From positions 1-45,519 of the IMG/VR virus record IMGVR_UViG_3300020380_000908: a stretch of 45,519 nt of DNA, one strand, 5' to 3'. Made by a program: the position numbers and the translations under genes. Every line of letters starts with the position of its first letter. The first letter of the stretch is position 1. This document shows positions 26,945 through 36,019 of this stretch, piece after piece. Below the pieces are notes generated by a model that was given only the letters and a program-made list of their open reading frames with translations, did no database searches and was not told the DNA's origin. Origin of the DNA: a virus. Taxonomy: Duplodnaviria > Caudoviricetes.

Positions 26945-27508
26945 ATGAAAAAAAAGATAAATGCCAAATACTATAGAGATTGGTATAAATCTTTGTCTGC
27001 CGAAAAAAGAGAAAAAAGACTCAAACAAAAAAGAGACTACTACCACCGCACTAAAGATAAACCAGAGCAAATAGAAAGAAGAAAAAAATACTATCAAGAG
27101 AATAAAGAACAACATTCCAAAAACGGAAAGCTTTGGAGGAGAAAAAATAAGAAATACGCATCTGAACACCAAAAAGCTTACCGCAAGGCTAACCCACACA
27201 TACAAGCGAATCTAGCAGCAAAAAGAAACGCGCAGAAAAAAAACGCTACGCTCCCTAGCACGGATTTAGATTTAATAAAGGAAATCTACAAAGAAAAAAG
27301 CCGCATGAACGAGCAGGGCAAAACAGAGTACCAAGTAGACCACATCATACCTATATCTATCGGTGGAGCGCACCATCAAGATAATCTTAGAATCATAACT
27401 GCTAAAGAAAATAGGAAAAAACATGGGAAATACATCCCGGAACTCGGCGGCGTTTGGGCTGATAATGATTTAGCAAAAGAAACTAAAAGAAAGCTTGGCA
27501 TAAAATAA
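26945..27508 (+). CDS. HNH endonuclease, probably homing-type
   Basis: Lys/Arg-rich helical N-terminus; YQVDHIIP...GG.H...NL.I.....N..K. Confidence 0.8.
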   Translation: MKKKINAKYYRDWYKSLSAEKREKRLKQKRDYYHRTKDKPEQIERRKKYYQENKEQHSKNGKLWRRKNKKYASEHQKAYRKANPHIQANLAAKRNAQKKNATLPSTDLDLIKEIYKEKSRMNEQGKTEYQVDHIIPISIGGAHHQDNLRIITAKENRKKHGKYIPELGGVWADNDLAKETKRKLGIK

Positions 27509-27924
27509 TGAGACTATATAATGTCAACGGCAATCTACAAAAGAAAAATGTTTCTAAGTATTTGATAGATTGGGATAAAAAAAGCCGATCTAAGATACAA
27601 TTCAAAGTTAAGAAATTTTTAGAGCCTTTTTGGAAAGGCCATATAGTATTTGAAGAGTTTCCTGTTTATGGTTCAAAACTCAAGGTTGACATACTTAATG
27701 CTAGTAACAAAGTTGCCATAGAAGTTCAAGGAAACCAGCATAATTCTTTTAATAAGTTTTTTCATAGTGACTCTAGGTTGAAATACCTTGAATCCATTAA
27801 GAGAGATGTAATGAAAGCTGAGTGGCTTGAGAAGAATAATTTCAAGCTAATAGAGATCGAAGAGTCCGAAATCAATTCCATTTCCAAGGATTTCTTTAAA
27901 AACAAATTTGGCCTAACTCTTTAA
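27508..27924 (+). CDS. PD-(D/E)XK endonuclease (DUF559/Vsr-like)
   Basis: EEFP...VDIL....AIEVQG.QH...RD..K..W. Confidence 0.7.
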   Translation: MRLYNVNGNLQKKNVSKYLIDWDKKSRSKIQFKVKKFLEPFWKGHIVFEEFPVYGSKLKVDILNASNKVAIEVQGNQHNSFNKFFHSDSRLKYLESIKRDVMKAEWLEKNNFKLIEIEESEINSISKDFFKNKFGLTL

Positions 27925-27930
27925 TTTTTT

Positions 27931-27993
27931 TTGCCAAATAACCGAATATAACCGCATATAAGCGCACATAAGGCCACATAAGGCCACATGAGC
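27931..27993. repeat. Degenerate 10-bp tandem repeats upstream of dnaB
   Basis: ACCGAATATA ACCGCATATA AGCGCACATA AGGCCACATA AGGCCACATG. Confidence 0.8.
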
Positions 27994-28012
27994 TTGCGAC
28001 GGTATTTTTTTG

Positions 28013-28040
28013 TAGATTTTATAAAAAGAAATTGTATACT
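28013..28040 (+). promoter_or_regulatory. Sigma70-type promoter for dnaB
   Basis: TAGATT-16-TATACT. Confidence 0.5.
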
Positions 28041-28057
28041 AATTTTAACGAATAAAA

Positions 28058-28075
28058 GACGAAGACGAAGACGAA
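28058..28075 (+). repeat. (GACGAA)3 in the dnaB leader
   Basis: Three exact hexamer copies ending 10 nt before the ATG. Confidence 0.8.
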
Positions 28076-28085
28076 GGAAAAATAT

Positions 28086-29573
28086 ATGGAATCAATATAC
28101 TCAATACAGATAGAAAAACATGTTTTAGGTGGATTAATTAAAGACCCAAAAGTTTTACCAGATATAGAAAGGTTTATCTCTGAAAAAGATTTTGTTAATG
28201 AAGTTCATCAAACAATATATTGTGTTTTAAAGAATGCATTTTTCAACAATGAAACAATAGACTCTGTTGTTCTTGCTGAGAAAATTAAAAATATAGGAAT
28301 CTCATTTAAAGATGATATAAACATTTATGATTACCTTGAAGCTATTTCTTTTAATACAATTAATAAAAAGGGCATCATTGAGGCTTGCAGAGAACTGGCA
28401 AAGTTAACTGTAAGAAGGAAGCTTTACCACAAGTGTGATGAAATTAAAAAGTTTCTCCAAGAGAGTGGAGATAAAGCTATAGATGAGATTGTGTCAACTT
28501 CAGATCACCTATATGGAGACTTAATCAGAGATTTTGAATGTGTTGACAGTGAGCCAGAAGACTTGTTTGAAGGTTTGCCTGAGATGATAGAAGAGTCAGG
28601 AGAAAACCCAACAGAAGATTTTGGATTCACAACACCTCATGATGAATTTAACAGATTGTATGGAGGGCTTCGGCCCGGAAACCTTTATGCTGTGGTCGCA
28701 AGACCCGGACAAGGTAAGTCAACATTCATTGCAGACCTTTGCAGAAAGACAGCAAAAATTCACAACATCAAATGTCTCATCTTGGATACAGAGATGGACA
28801 CAAAAGATGTTAAGTTCAGAATTGCATCAGCAATTTCAGGGGTTTCACTATGGCATCTTGAAACTGGTAATTGGAGGAAAAACCCAGAACTAGTAAATAA
28901 AGTCAGAGACTCTTACTCTGAATTAAAACAACAAGATGTTTATCATTTTTCAGTAGGAAACAAAACAATTGATGAAATCTGTTCATTGGTTAGGAGATGG
29001 TATTACTCTGAAGTAGGCAGAGGTAATCCATTTATCCTAGGTTATGACTATGTAAAGCTAACAGGAGAAAAAGTTGGAAACAACTGGGGTGAACACCAAG
29101 CTGTTGGTGAAAAAATAGACAAGCTTAAAAAGCTTTCAGAAGAACTCAACTGCCCAATTATAACAGCGATGCAAATGAATCGCTCTGGGGAAAATCATAA
29201 CAGAAGAGGTAATGCAGTTATTGATGACAGTTCTGCAATATCCCTTTCAGACAGAATTCAATGGTTTGCTTCTTTTGTTGCAATCTTTAGAAGAAAGACT
29301 GTTGATGAAATAGCTGAAGATGGTGAAGACTTTGGTACTCACAAATTAGTACCACTTAAAACTAGATTCCAAGGTAAAGATGCTGCTGGGCATCATGATC
29401 TTGTAAGAAGAGTTAGGCCAAATGGTAATGTGAGTTTTCAAAACAATTTCTTAAACTTTAATGTAAGAAATTTTAATGTCACAGAGGCAGGGTCACTGCA
29501 AAACATTATTGATGCACAAATGGATCAACATCTTTTGGATGATTCAGCATCAAATGATGGAGAAGTGATGTAA
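28086..29573 (+). CDS. dnaB: Replicative DNA helicase
   Basis: E..VLG N-domain, ARPGQGKS (Walker A), DTEM, YDY, QMNR, K.R. Confidence 0.92.
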   Translation: MESIYSIQIEKHVLGGLIKDPKVLPDIERFISEKDFVNEVHQTIYCVLKNAFFNNETIDSVVLAEKIKNIGISFKDDINIYDYLEAISFNTINKKGIIEACRELAKLTVRRKLYHKCDEIKKFLQESGDKAIDEIVSTSDHLYGDLIRDFECVDSEPEDLFEGLPEMIEESGENPTEDFGFTTPHDEFNRLYGGLRPGNLYAVVARPGQGKSTFIADLCRKTAKIHNIKCLILDTEMDTKDVKFRIASAISGVSLWHLETGNWRKNPELVNKVRDSYSELKQQDVYHFSVGNKTIDEICSLVRRWYYSEVGRGNPFILGYDYVKLTGEKVGNNWGEHQAVGEKIDKLKKLSEELNCPIITAMQMNRSGENHNRRGNAVIDDSSAISLSDRIQWFASFVAIFRRKTVDEIAEDGEDFGTHKLVPLKTRFQGKDAAGHHDLVRRVRPNGNVSFQNNFLNFNVRNFNVTEAGSLQNIIDAQMDQHLLDDSASNDGEVM

Positions 29574-30487
29574 TGGACTTCAAAAACATACTGCTTGATT
29601 TAGGTTATTCTAATATCAAAGATAACGGTAGAGAGCTTCGCATGAGGCCACTCTACCGTGATTCTAATAATGATACGGTACTTTCTGTTAGGAAAGATAC
29701 TGGTCATTTTATTGATTTTAGCAAAAACGTAAGTGGTTCATTTGAGTATTTAGTTCAATTAACTCTTGGATTAGAAAATGTAGATCAAGCCAGAGTTCAG
29801 TTAAAAGAAAAATATTCTATAACTGAAATAAAGCGGGAACATAGACCCAAAGTTAGCGGTACAAAGACTTTCCCCAGAGAATATCTAACCAAGCTAAAAC
29901 CAGATCATTCTTATTGGCTGGGTAGAGGGGTGTCACTTGATACTTTAAAAACTTTCGGTGGAGGTCTTGTTGAAAGCGGGACAATGGCAAATAGATACGT
30001 TTTCCCTATTTTAGACGAAAAACAAAAACTAGTAGGCGTTACCGGAAGATACACTAAGAATATAACAAGCAAACGAATGCCTAAATGGCTTCACAAAGGT
30101 AAGGTTTCTGAGTGGAACTACCCCTTCCAGCTTAACAAAGAGATTATAACTGAAAAAAAAGAAATAATAATGGTTGAAAGCATAGGCGATATGCTTGCTC
30201 TTTGGGATTGCGGAATCAAAAACATTTTAGTAGTTTTTGGTCTTAATTTATCGCCTAAAATGATCAGCTTGCTAATAAAAGCTGATCCACGTATAGTCTA
30301 TATAGCATTTAACAATGACTCGTTAGACAATTCAGCGGGTAATGAGGCGGCTGAAAAAGTAAGAAATAAAATATCTAAATACTTTGACATAAATCAGGTT
30401 AAATTAGCTCTTCCCAATAAAAACGATTTCGGGGAGATGAACAAAGAAGAGATACTTGGATGGAAAAAACAGTATGGAGTATCATAA
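29573..30487 (+). CDS. dnaG: DNA primase (TOPRIM)
   Basis: RYVFPI.D....VG..GR, PKW, VESIGD, FNND...AG, DFGE. Confidence 0.82.
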   Translation: MDFKNILLDLGYSNIKDNGRELRMRPLYRDSNNDTVLSVRKDTGHFIDFSKNVSGSFEYLVQLTLGLENVDQARVQLKEKYSITEIKREHRPKVSGTKTFPREYLTKLKPDHSYWLGRGVSLDTLKTFGGGLVESGTMANRYVFPILDEKQKLVGVTGRYTKNITSKRMPKWLHKGKVSEWNYPFQLNKEIITEKKEIIMVESIGDMLALWDCGIKNILVVFGLNLSPKMISLLIKADPRIVYIAFNNDSLDNSAGNEAAEKVRNKISKYFDINQVKLALPNKNDFGEMNKEEILGWKKQYGVS

Positions 30488-30740
30488 AGTTAAAATAATT
30501 ATTAAAAATAATTCAGGTCTACATGCTAGACCCTGTTCTGCCTTCGTTAAGACTGCAAACTCCTTTGAATCTAAAATAAAGGTTAAAAAAGGAGAAAATT
30601 CTGTTGATGGCAAAAGCATAATAGGACTAATGACTCTGGCAGCTGCATTTGGAGACAGGATAACTATAGAGGCCAGTGGCCCAGACGCAAAAAAAGCGGT
30701 GACTGCGCTCGAAAAAATTGCAATTACTAGTTTTGACTAG
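30474..30740 (+). CDS. ptsH: HPr phosphocarrier protein
   Basis: GLHARP (His15 site) and DGKSIIGLMTL (Ser46 site); ATG at 30474 preferred. Confidence 0.92.
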   Translation: MEYHKVKIIIKNNSGLHARPCSAFVKTANSFESKIKVKKGENSVDGKSIIGLMTLAAAFGDRITIEASGPDAKKAVTALEKIAITSFD

Positions 30741-30751
30741 TATTATAATAT

Positions 30752-30979
30752 ATGGCAAAAGACCCGTGTCAAGAGGCTCTTTCAACCATAAAAGAACTGA
30801 AGCCTCATGTAAGTCAAATACTAGAATTACTTAATATTCATGAGAAAGAAATGTATTTTAATTTTTTAAGATATAAGCAAGGAGAAGAGGATTATAATAA
30901 ATTGGGTGAATTTAAAAAAGTAAAAAATTTAATAGAATATCTACTTACGATTGACGAAGATAATAATTACTCAAAATGA
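30752..30979 (+). CDS. Hypothetical protein
   Basis: ORF coupled to the next gene. Confidence 0.55.
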   Translation: MAKDPCQEALSTIKELKPHVSQILELLNIHEKEMYFNFLRYKQGEEDYNKLGEFKKVKNLIEYLLTIDEDNNYSK

Positions 30980-31548
30980 GATTAGATCACATAGCTTATA
31001 GAGTAAAGGATAGGCATAAAACTGCTGAATTTCTTTATAATTGTTTGGGCTATTCCGTGGCTTTAGAATTTGATTTAAAATTTGATGACGGCTCAACAAC
31101 CGACTGTTTAGCTATGACCCCTCCCGAAGAAAGACCTGTTGACGTATTAGAGTGGGACATTTTACTTGCTGACGCTGATGATATAGGAAAAGCTAAATTT
31201 CATTCATATCATTGCCCCCCAGAAATCTTTGTTTCCGATGGCCCAAAAGGCTCTATCGTGGGCGATTGGGTTAAAGAGCGTGGAGGTATTGGAGGAATAC
31301 ATCACTTAGCTTATCAAGTTGAGGATGTTGAAAAAACGATGAATGATTGGAGTGAAAAAGGTTATGCGGAATGGTACTCTGAAAAACCTTTAGTGTGCAA
31401 AAAAACTAAATTAATTCAGGTATTTTCTAAACCCTCTGAACTTACTGGAGTCATATACGAACTAATAACACGCGGAAAGGATAGCAAAGGTTTTTGCGAA
31501 ACAAATGTAAAATCTTTAATGGAAAGCACAAGAGACTTGAAAGGATAA
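30976..31548 (+). CDS. VOC-superfamily metalloenzyme, HPPD/HglS(DUF1338)-like
   Basis: LDHIAYR, GIHHLAY, LIQVF, YELITR, GF...N.KSLMEST, giving a His-His-Glu triad. Confidence 0.7.
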   Translation: MRLDHIAYRVKDRHKTAEFLYNCLGYSVALEFDLKFDDGSTTDCLAMTPPEERPVDVLEWDILLADADDIGKAKFHSYHCPPEIFVSDGPKGSIVGDWVKERGGIGGIHHLAYQVEDVEKTMNDWSEKGYAEWYSEKPLVCKKTKLIQVFSKPSELTGVIYELITRGKDSKGFCETNVKSLMESTRDLKG

Positions 31549-33086
31549 TGATGAGAGATTTTGAGGGAAGAAATTATATTGATGGTCAATGGAGGGAAAC
31601 TCCTGAGATGTACACAAAAATTAATCCCGCTACCGGAAAAGCGCAAGGAGCCTTTCCTGTCAGCGATAAAGATGAAGTAAACAAGTCTGTTCTTAGTGCT
31701 AGAAAAGCTTTCAAAAAATGGAAAAAAGTTAGTCGTTTTGTACGATCTGACTACATGAACAGAGTGGCTCAATTAATTGAAAGAGACAAAGAAAAATTAG
31801 CCACAATTATCTCCCTAGAAACTGGAAAAAATTATAACGAGAGTGTTGCGGAAGTTAACGAAGCCCTACATATGGCTCAGTTTGCGTTTGGCTCTGGCCG
31901 CTACAGTCATGGCGAAGCTGTTTCTTCTGAAATTGAAGATAAAGACGCCTACATGCTTAGAAAGCCCAAAGGAGTAGTAGCAATTGTAACTCCATTTAAT
32001 TTTCCACTAGCTATTGGTATGTTTTGGAATGCGGCTCCCGCTTTAGTGGAAGGAAATACTATAGTAATTAAACCAAGCGAAGATGCCCCAATGTCAACCC
32101 AAGCCGCCGTTCAGATTTACGAAGAAGCTGGTATCCCGCATGGCGTTATTAATTTAGTGCATGGACATGGGCAAACTGGAGATTTTTTAGTACGCGATGA
32201 CGTTGATCATATTTGTTTCACGGGTTCAGCTGATGTTGGACAACATATTCGTAAAGTTGCCGCTGAATCTTGGAACAAAACAACATCTTGCGAGCTAGGT
32301 AGTAAGTCAGCCTGTATCGTTTTTGATGATGTAGAAATTCCTCTTGCTTTAGAAGCTTGTGTAGCTAGTGCATTTAAACTGTCTGGGCAAAGATGTGTGT
32401 CTTCGGGTAGAATTTTAGTTCAAAGAACAATTTACAATGATTTTGCAAAGAGGTTTGCCGAAGAAGCGTCTAAATTGAAAACAGGTAATCCATTTAAAAA
32501 GAACAGTGGAACCTGCGGTACTCCCGCTGCCGTTTGCTGGGATGAGATTGTACCTAATGAAGAAATATATTACGGGCCAATCATAAATCAACAGGGATTT
32601 GATAAAATAAGGTATATGAATAGCTTGGTGGCTTCGGACCCCAAATCAGAAATATTACTTAACCCCACTTATACAGGAACAGGCAAATCTTACTATTCCA
32701 CACCAATGGTATATAAAAGAGAGTGGTCAAATTGTGATGCAGGATTTTTAAGGAACGAAGTATTTGGACCCCATGTTGCAATTATTCCATTTGACACAGT
32801 TGAAGACGCAATTCGAATTTACAACGATACTGAGTATGGTTTAGCTGTTGGCATTTTAACTAACGACTTCAGAAAAGCCAGAATTATGAGGGATGAATGT
32901 GACGCAGGTATGATTTACTGGAATGGAGGTTCTATCGCTGCTGAGTCTCATTTAGCCTTTGGTGGCGTTAAAAAATCTGGTAATGGATTTCCTAGCGCAG
33001 CCAGAACCTTTAGGGCAGTTACTCATGAAATTAGCTGGACAGTAAATCATGCAGATAAACTTACTTTTCCACAAGGAATGAAATGA
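31548..33086 (+). CDS. NAD-dependent aldehyde dehydrogenase
   Basis: TPFNFP, KPSE, FTGS, ELGSK, GQRC (catalytic Cys), EVFGP, FGG.K.SG.G; ATG at 31548. Confidence 0.93.
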   Translation: MMRDFEGRNYIDGQWRETPEMYTKINPATGKAQGAFPVSDKDEVNKSVLSARKAFKKWKKVSRFVRSDYMNRVAQLIERDKEKLATIISLETGKNYNESVAEVNEALHMAQFAFGSGRYSHGEAVSSEIEDKDAYMLRKPKGVVAIVTPFNFPLAIGMFWNAAPALVEGNTIVIKPSEDAPMSTQAAVQIYEEAGIPHGVINLVHGHGQTGDFLVRDDVDHICFTGSADVGQHIRKVAAESWNKTTSCELGSKSACIVFDDVEIPLALEACVASAFKLSGQRCVSSGRILVQRTIYNDFAKRFAEEASKLKTGNPFKKNSGTCGTPAAVCWDEIVPNEEIYYGPIINQQGFDKIRYMNSLVASDPKSEILLNPTYTGTGKSYYSTPMVYKREWSNCDAGFLRNEVFGPHVAIIPFDTVEDAIRIYNDTEYGLAVGILTNDFRKARIMRDECDAGMIYWNGGSIAAESHLAFGGVKKSGNGFPSAARTFRAVTHEISWTVNHADKLTFPQGMK

Positions 33087-33736
33087 ACACTTTAATTATT
33101 GATTCATCAGCTTCGAGAACAGACTTGTGTGAAGCGGGAAAAAAATACGGTACAGATAAATCGCCCTACCACGTAGGTACGCCTGATTGCCCCCACTCGC
33201 ATCCTTATACCGCAATCTACGACTTACTATTTGCACCCTTGAGGCACAAAGAAGTCAAGTTGGGAGAAATAGGTATCGCTCGGCTGGCCTCCATGAAATG
33301 TTGGAGAGAATATTTCCCTTACGCAAAATTGCATGGATTCGAGTTTGATTCTAATTTATTAGAGCGTGGCATCAATGAAAACATGGATAACGCTAGCTAC
33401 TCATTTATAAATGTTGAAGACACAAACTCCATAGACACTGCGCTGTCAGACGCTGGTGGAGACTTTGACATATTAATAGACGACGCATTACATAATGTCG
33501 CCTGTAACTCGAACGTAATAAATACTGCTTACAAATACTTAAAAACAGGAGGACTTTTAATTACGGAAGACATCTTTCGCGCTTATTCTTGTGAAGAATA
33601 TATGTCAGCGATAGAACCTGTTACTAAATATTTTTCGTTGACGACTTTTATTACTACCGAGCATGATTTAAGAAACTCAGAAGGCTGGGATAATGATAGA
33701 TTGCTGGTGTTAGTTAGAAACGATACAAAGGAATAA
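33083..33736 (+). CDS. Class I SAM-dependent methyltransferase
   Basis: YGTDK..H.Y, LGEIG, FDILIDD..H, LK.GG...ED. Confidence 0.75.
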   Translation: MNTLIIDSSASRTDLCEAGKKYGTDKSPYHVGTPDCPHSHPYTAIYDLLFAPLRHKEVKLGEIGIARLASMKCWREYFPYAKLHGFEFDSNLLERGINENMDNASYSFINVEDTNSIDTALSDAGGDFDILIDDALHNVACNSNVINTAYKYLKTGGLLITEDIFRAYSCEEYMSAIEPVTKYFSLTTFITTEHDLRNSEGWDNDRLLVLVRNDTKE

Positions 33737-33740
33737 AGTA

Positions 33741-34856
33741 ATGAATGATCAAAAAAGAGTTTTAATTTTCGGCATGGGAAGAATGGGTAAAGCTATATCT
33801 TGGTGTATGTCTAAGTTTGGCAATCATATAATTTCCGTTGATAAAGATATAGATACGTCTCACGGTTTAGATGTTCCTTTGGATTTTTTAGTCGCAGAAA
33901 ATGAAAACGACTATAAAAGGACGATGGAATTGTGTAGTCCCGATTTAGTAATTTCTTCTTTACCTTATTTCCTGAATGAATCAATCGCCATGATGGCTAT
34001 AGAAAAAGGTATACCTTACTGCGATTTAGGAGGAAGCGTTCCTGTTTCTGCTACTATAAATAATCATGCCGAAGTTCATGCTAAAAAACCAGTTATTACA
34101 GACTTGGGGTTAGCTCCGGGATGGGTAAATATATTAGCAGAAGAAGCTTGCGATTCTTTTAATGAAAAAATTGTAGAAGTAAAAACTATGGTAGGAGGCT
34201 TGCCGGTTTATAAACATAACCCTCCATTTAATTATACGATAACTTGGTCTATAGATGGCTTGATAAATGAGTATATAGATGACTGCCAAGTCTTAATAGG
34301 CGAACAAGTTTCCAATCAATACGGAATGGAAGGCTTAGAAGATGTTTATTGCAGATCGATAGATGAAGAGTTGGAAGCGTTTTACACAAGCGGAGGAGCC
34401 TCTCATAGCATTAAATCAATGCGTGATAGGGGGGTAGAAAACTTTTCGTATAAAACTTTGAGATACAAGGGTCACAATGAAATTATAAAACTCTTACTTA
34501 GAAGTAAAATAGATAAAAGCTGCGTAAAAGAAACCATTCAAAAAATTTGCACCCCTAACGATCCTTCTTCGTATTTTGATTTTGTAATAATTAAATGCAT
34601 AGCAATTGGTCAATCTGGAAAAACTTGGGATAAAGAACTGAAAATAAAAGGAGGAAATGTTGGTAAAAATAGTTTTTCATCCATGCAGAAAGCAACCTCG
34701 TTCGGTATATCCTGCGTAGCAGAACAAATAGTAAAAGGAGATATTGAAGGCGGTAAGTTGGGGTATAAAGATGTTCGTTACGATAAGTTTAATGAATACT
34801 TAAATGTATTAAAGGAAGCTTGGCGTGATGAAGATTACGAAATACCATTAAAATGA
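33741..34856 (+). CDS. Saccharopine dehydrogenase-family / lysine 6-dehydrogenase-like oxidoreductase
   Basis: GMGRMG, YCDLGG, GLAPG, WSIDGLINEY, EAFYTSGG, YKTLRY.GH. Confidence 0.85.
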   Translation: MNDQKRVLIFGMGRMGKAISWCMSKFGNHIISVDKDIDTSHGLDVPLDFLVAENENDYKRTMELCSPDLVISSLPYFLNESIAMMAIEKGIPYCDLGGSVPVSATINNHAEVHAKKPVITDLGLAPGWVNILAEEACDSFNEKIVEVKTMVGGLPVYKHNPPFNYTITWSIDGLINEYIDDCQVLIGEQVSNQYGMEGLEDVYCRSIDEELEAFYTSGGASHSIKSMRDRGVENFSYKTLRYKGHNEIIKLLLRSKIDKSCVKETIQKICTPNDPSSYFDFVIIKCIAIGQSGKTWDKELKIKGGNVGKNSFSSMQKATSFGISCVAEQIVKGDIEGGKLGYKDVRYDKFNEYLNVLKEAWRDEDYEIPLK

Positions 34857-34981
34857 GATTTTTAAAAGATTTAATAGGTTTAATTTATGTAATAGCTCTT
34901 GCAGTTTGGTTCTTTTTTTCTGCTATTTTTGGTGGAATTTTTCTTGACTTAAAAGAAAGATTTGGTAAACTGTTTAAGTAG
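34853..34981 (+). CDS. Small membrane peptide (42 aa, not in ORF track)
   Basis: MRFLKDLIGLIYVIALAVWFFFSAIFGGIFLDLKERFGKLFK*; ATGA overlap with the upstream gene. Confidence 0.5.
   Translation: MRFLKDLIGLIYVIALAVWFFFSAIFGGIFLDLKERFGKLFK
34944..34971 (+). promoter_or_regulatory. Sigma70-type promoter
   Basis: TTGACT-16-TAAACT with TGn. Confidence 0.6.
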
Positions 34982-34994
34982 ACTTTTGGTGGTT

Positions 34995-35972
34995 ATGGGA
35001 AAAGTATTATCAGCATCTAGAATTGGCACTTTTGAAAAATGCTCTTGGTCTTATTGGTGTAATTACCACCTTAAAGTGCCTCAACACGGCAACGATGGCG
35101 CACATAGAGGAACTGTGTGCCATTTAGTTTTTGAACTTCTTTTAAGGAAAAAACATAAACATCACTTTGATTCAATCATAAAAGATGGAACTGTTATAAA
35201 CAATAAAGCAATAGTCAGACTTGTTGAAAAGAATTTAAGAAAGCTAAAAGCATACAATGAAGGTAACTTTGATTTATGCATGAAAATGATCCTAGTTGGA
35301 TTAAATCATGAATTCTATGGTAATGGATCAGAGATAGAAGAGCCAGTTTCAGAGCTAGAGTTCCTCTTGGAAAGTAAAAACCCAGAATACAAAATAAGAG
35401 GTTACATAGATAAAGTCTTCAAGTATGAAAGCAAAGTAAAGATTGTAGACTATAAATCTAGTAAAAAGAAATTTAAGGGAGAAGAACTCAGTGCAAACCT
35501 ACAAGCAATGGCTTATACTCTTGCATCCAAGAAACAAATATTTAAAAATATTAAAGATGTTGAAGTTGAGTTTCTGTTTTTAAAGTTTCCAAGACAACCC
35601 GCTCAACAAGTAATAGTTACAGATGAACAGTTGAAAGGGTTTGAGCATTACTTGGAACATGTGTATAAATTAATTAACAATTTTTCTGTAAAGGATGCGA
35701 GAAGTAATTTTGCCTCCGACAACCCAAGTACTAGATGGATGTGTAAAGCTGGTGCTACTTGGCAATGTCCATATTATGAAGAAGTAGAATACTTCGCTCT
35801 TAAGGATGAATATGATGACACCTTAAAGACAGCCTTTAAAAAAGAAGATTTACCTAAAGCCAAAAAAGGCCAAAGAATTGTAAAATTAAGATATGAAGGA
35901 TGCCCCGCGCACTCTTATGCGCGTTCCTCGACGCCTTCTGATGGCGAAGATGATGATATATTTAATATATAA
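34995..35972 (+). CDS. PD-(D/E)XK exonuclease, Cas4/AddB-like (possible Fe-S cluster)
   Basis: LSASRI..F.KC, GT..H, IRGYID, IVDYKSS, Q..AY, C-terminal C....CPY; ATG at 34995 preferred. Confidence 0.8.
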   Translation: MGKVLSASRIGTFEKCSWSYWCNYHLKVPQHGNDGAHRGTVCHLVFELLLRKKHKHHFDSIIKDGTVINNKAIVRLVEKNLRKLKAYNEGNFDLCMKMILVGLNHEFYGNGSEIEEPVSELEFLLESKNPEYKIRGYIDKVFKYESKVKIVDYKSSKKKFKGEELSANLQAMAYTLASKKQIFKNIKDVEVEFLFLKFPRQPAQQVIVTDEQLKGFEHYLEHVYKLINNFSVKDARSNFASDNPSTRWMCKAGATWQCPYYEEVEYFALKDEYDDTLKTAFKKEDLPKAKKGQRIVKLRYEGCPAHSYARSSTPSDGEDDDIFNI

Positions 35973-35985
35973 CCAAAGTTAGTTC

Positions 35986-36013
35986 TTGACTTTATTAAAA
36001 AAAGTCGTATTAT
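35986..36013 (+). promoter_or_regulatory. Sigma70-type promoter
   Basis: TTGACT-16-TATTAT; ATG 6 nt downstream. Confidence 0.7.
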
Positions 36014-36019
36014 ATTCTT

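Noticed and set aside
27931-27993. CRISPR array
   Set aside because: Units are 10 bp, contiguous and have no spacers. The Cas4-like nuclease has no cas neighbours.
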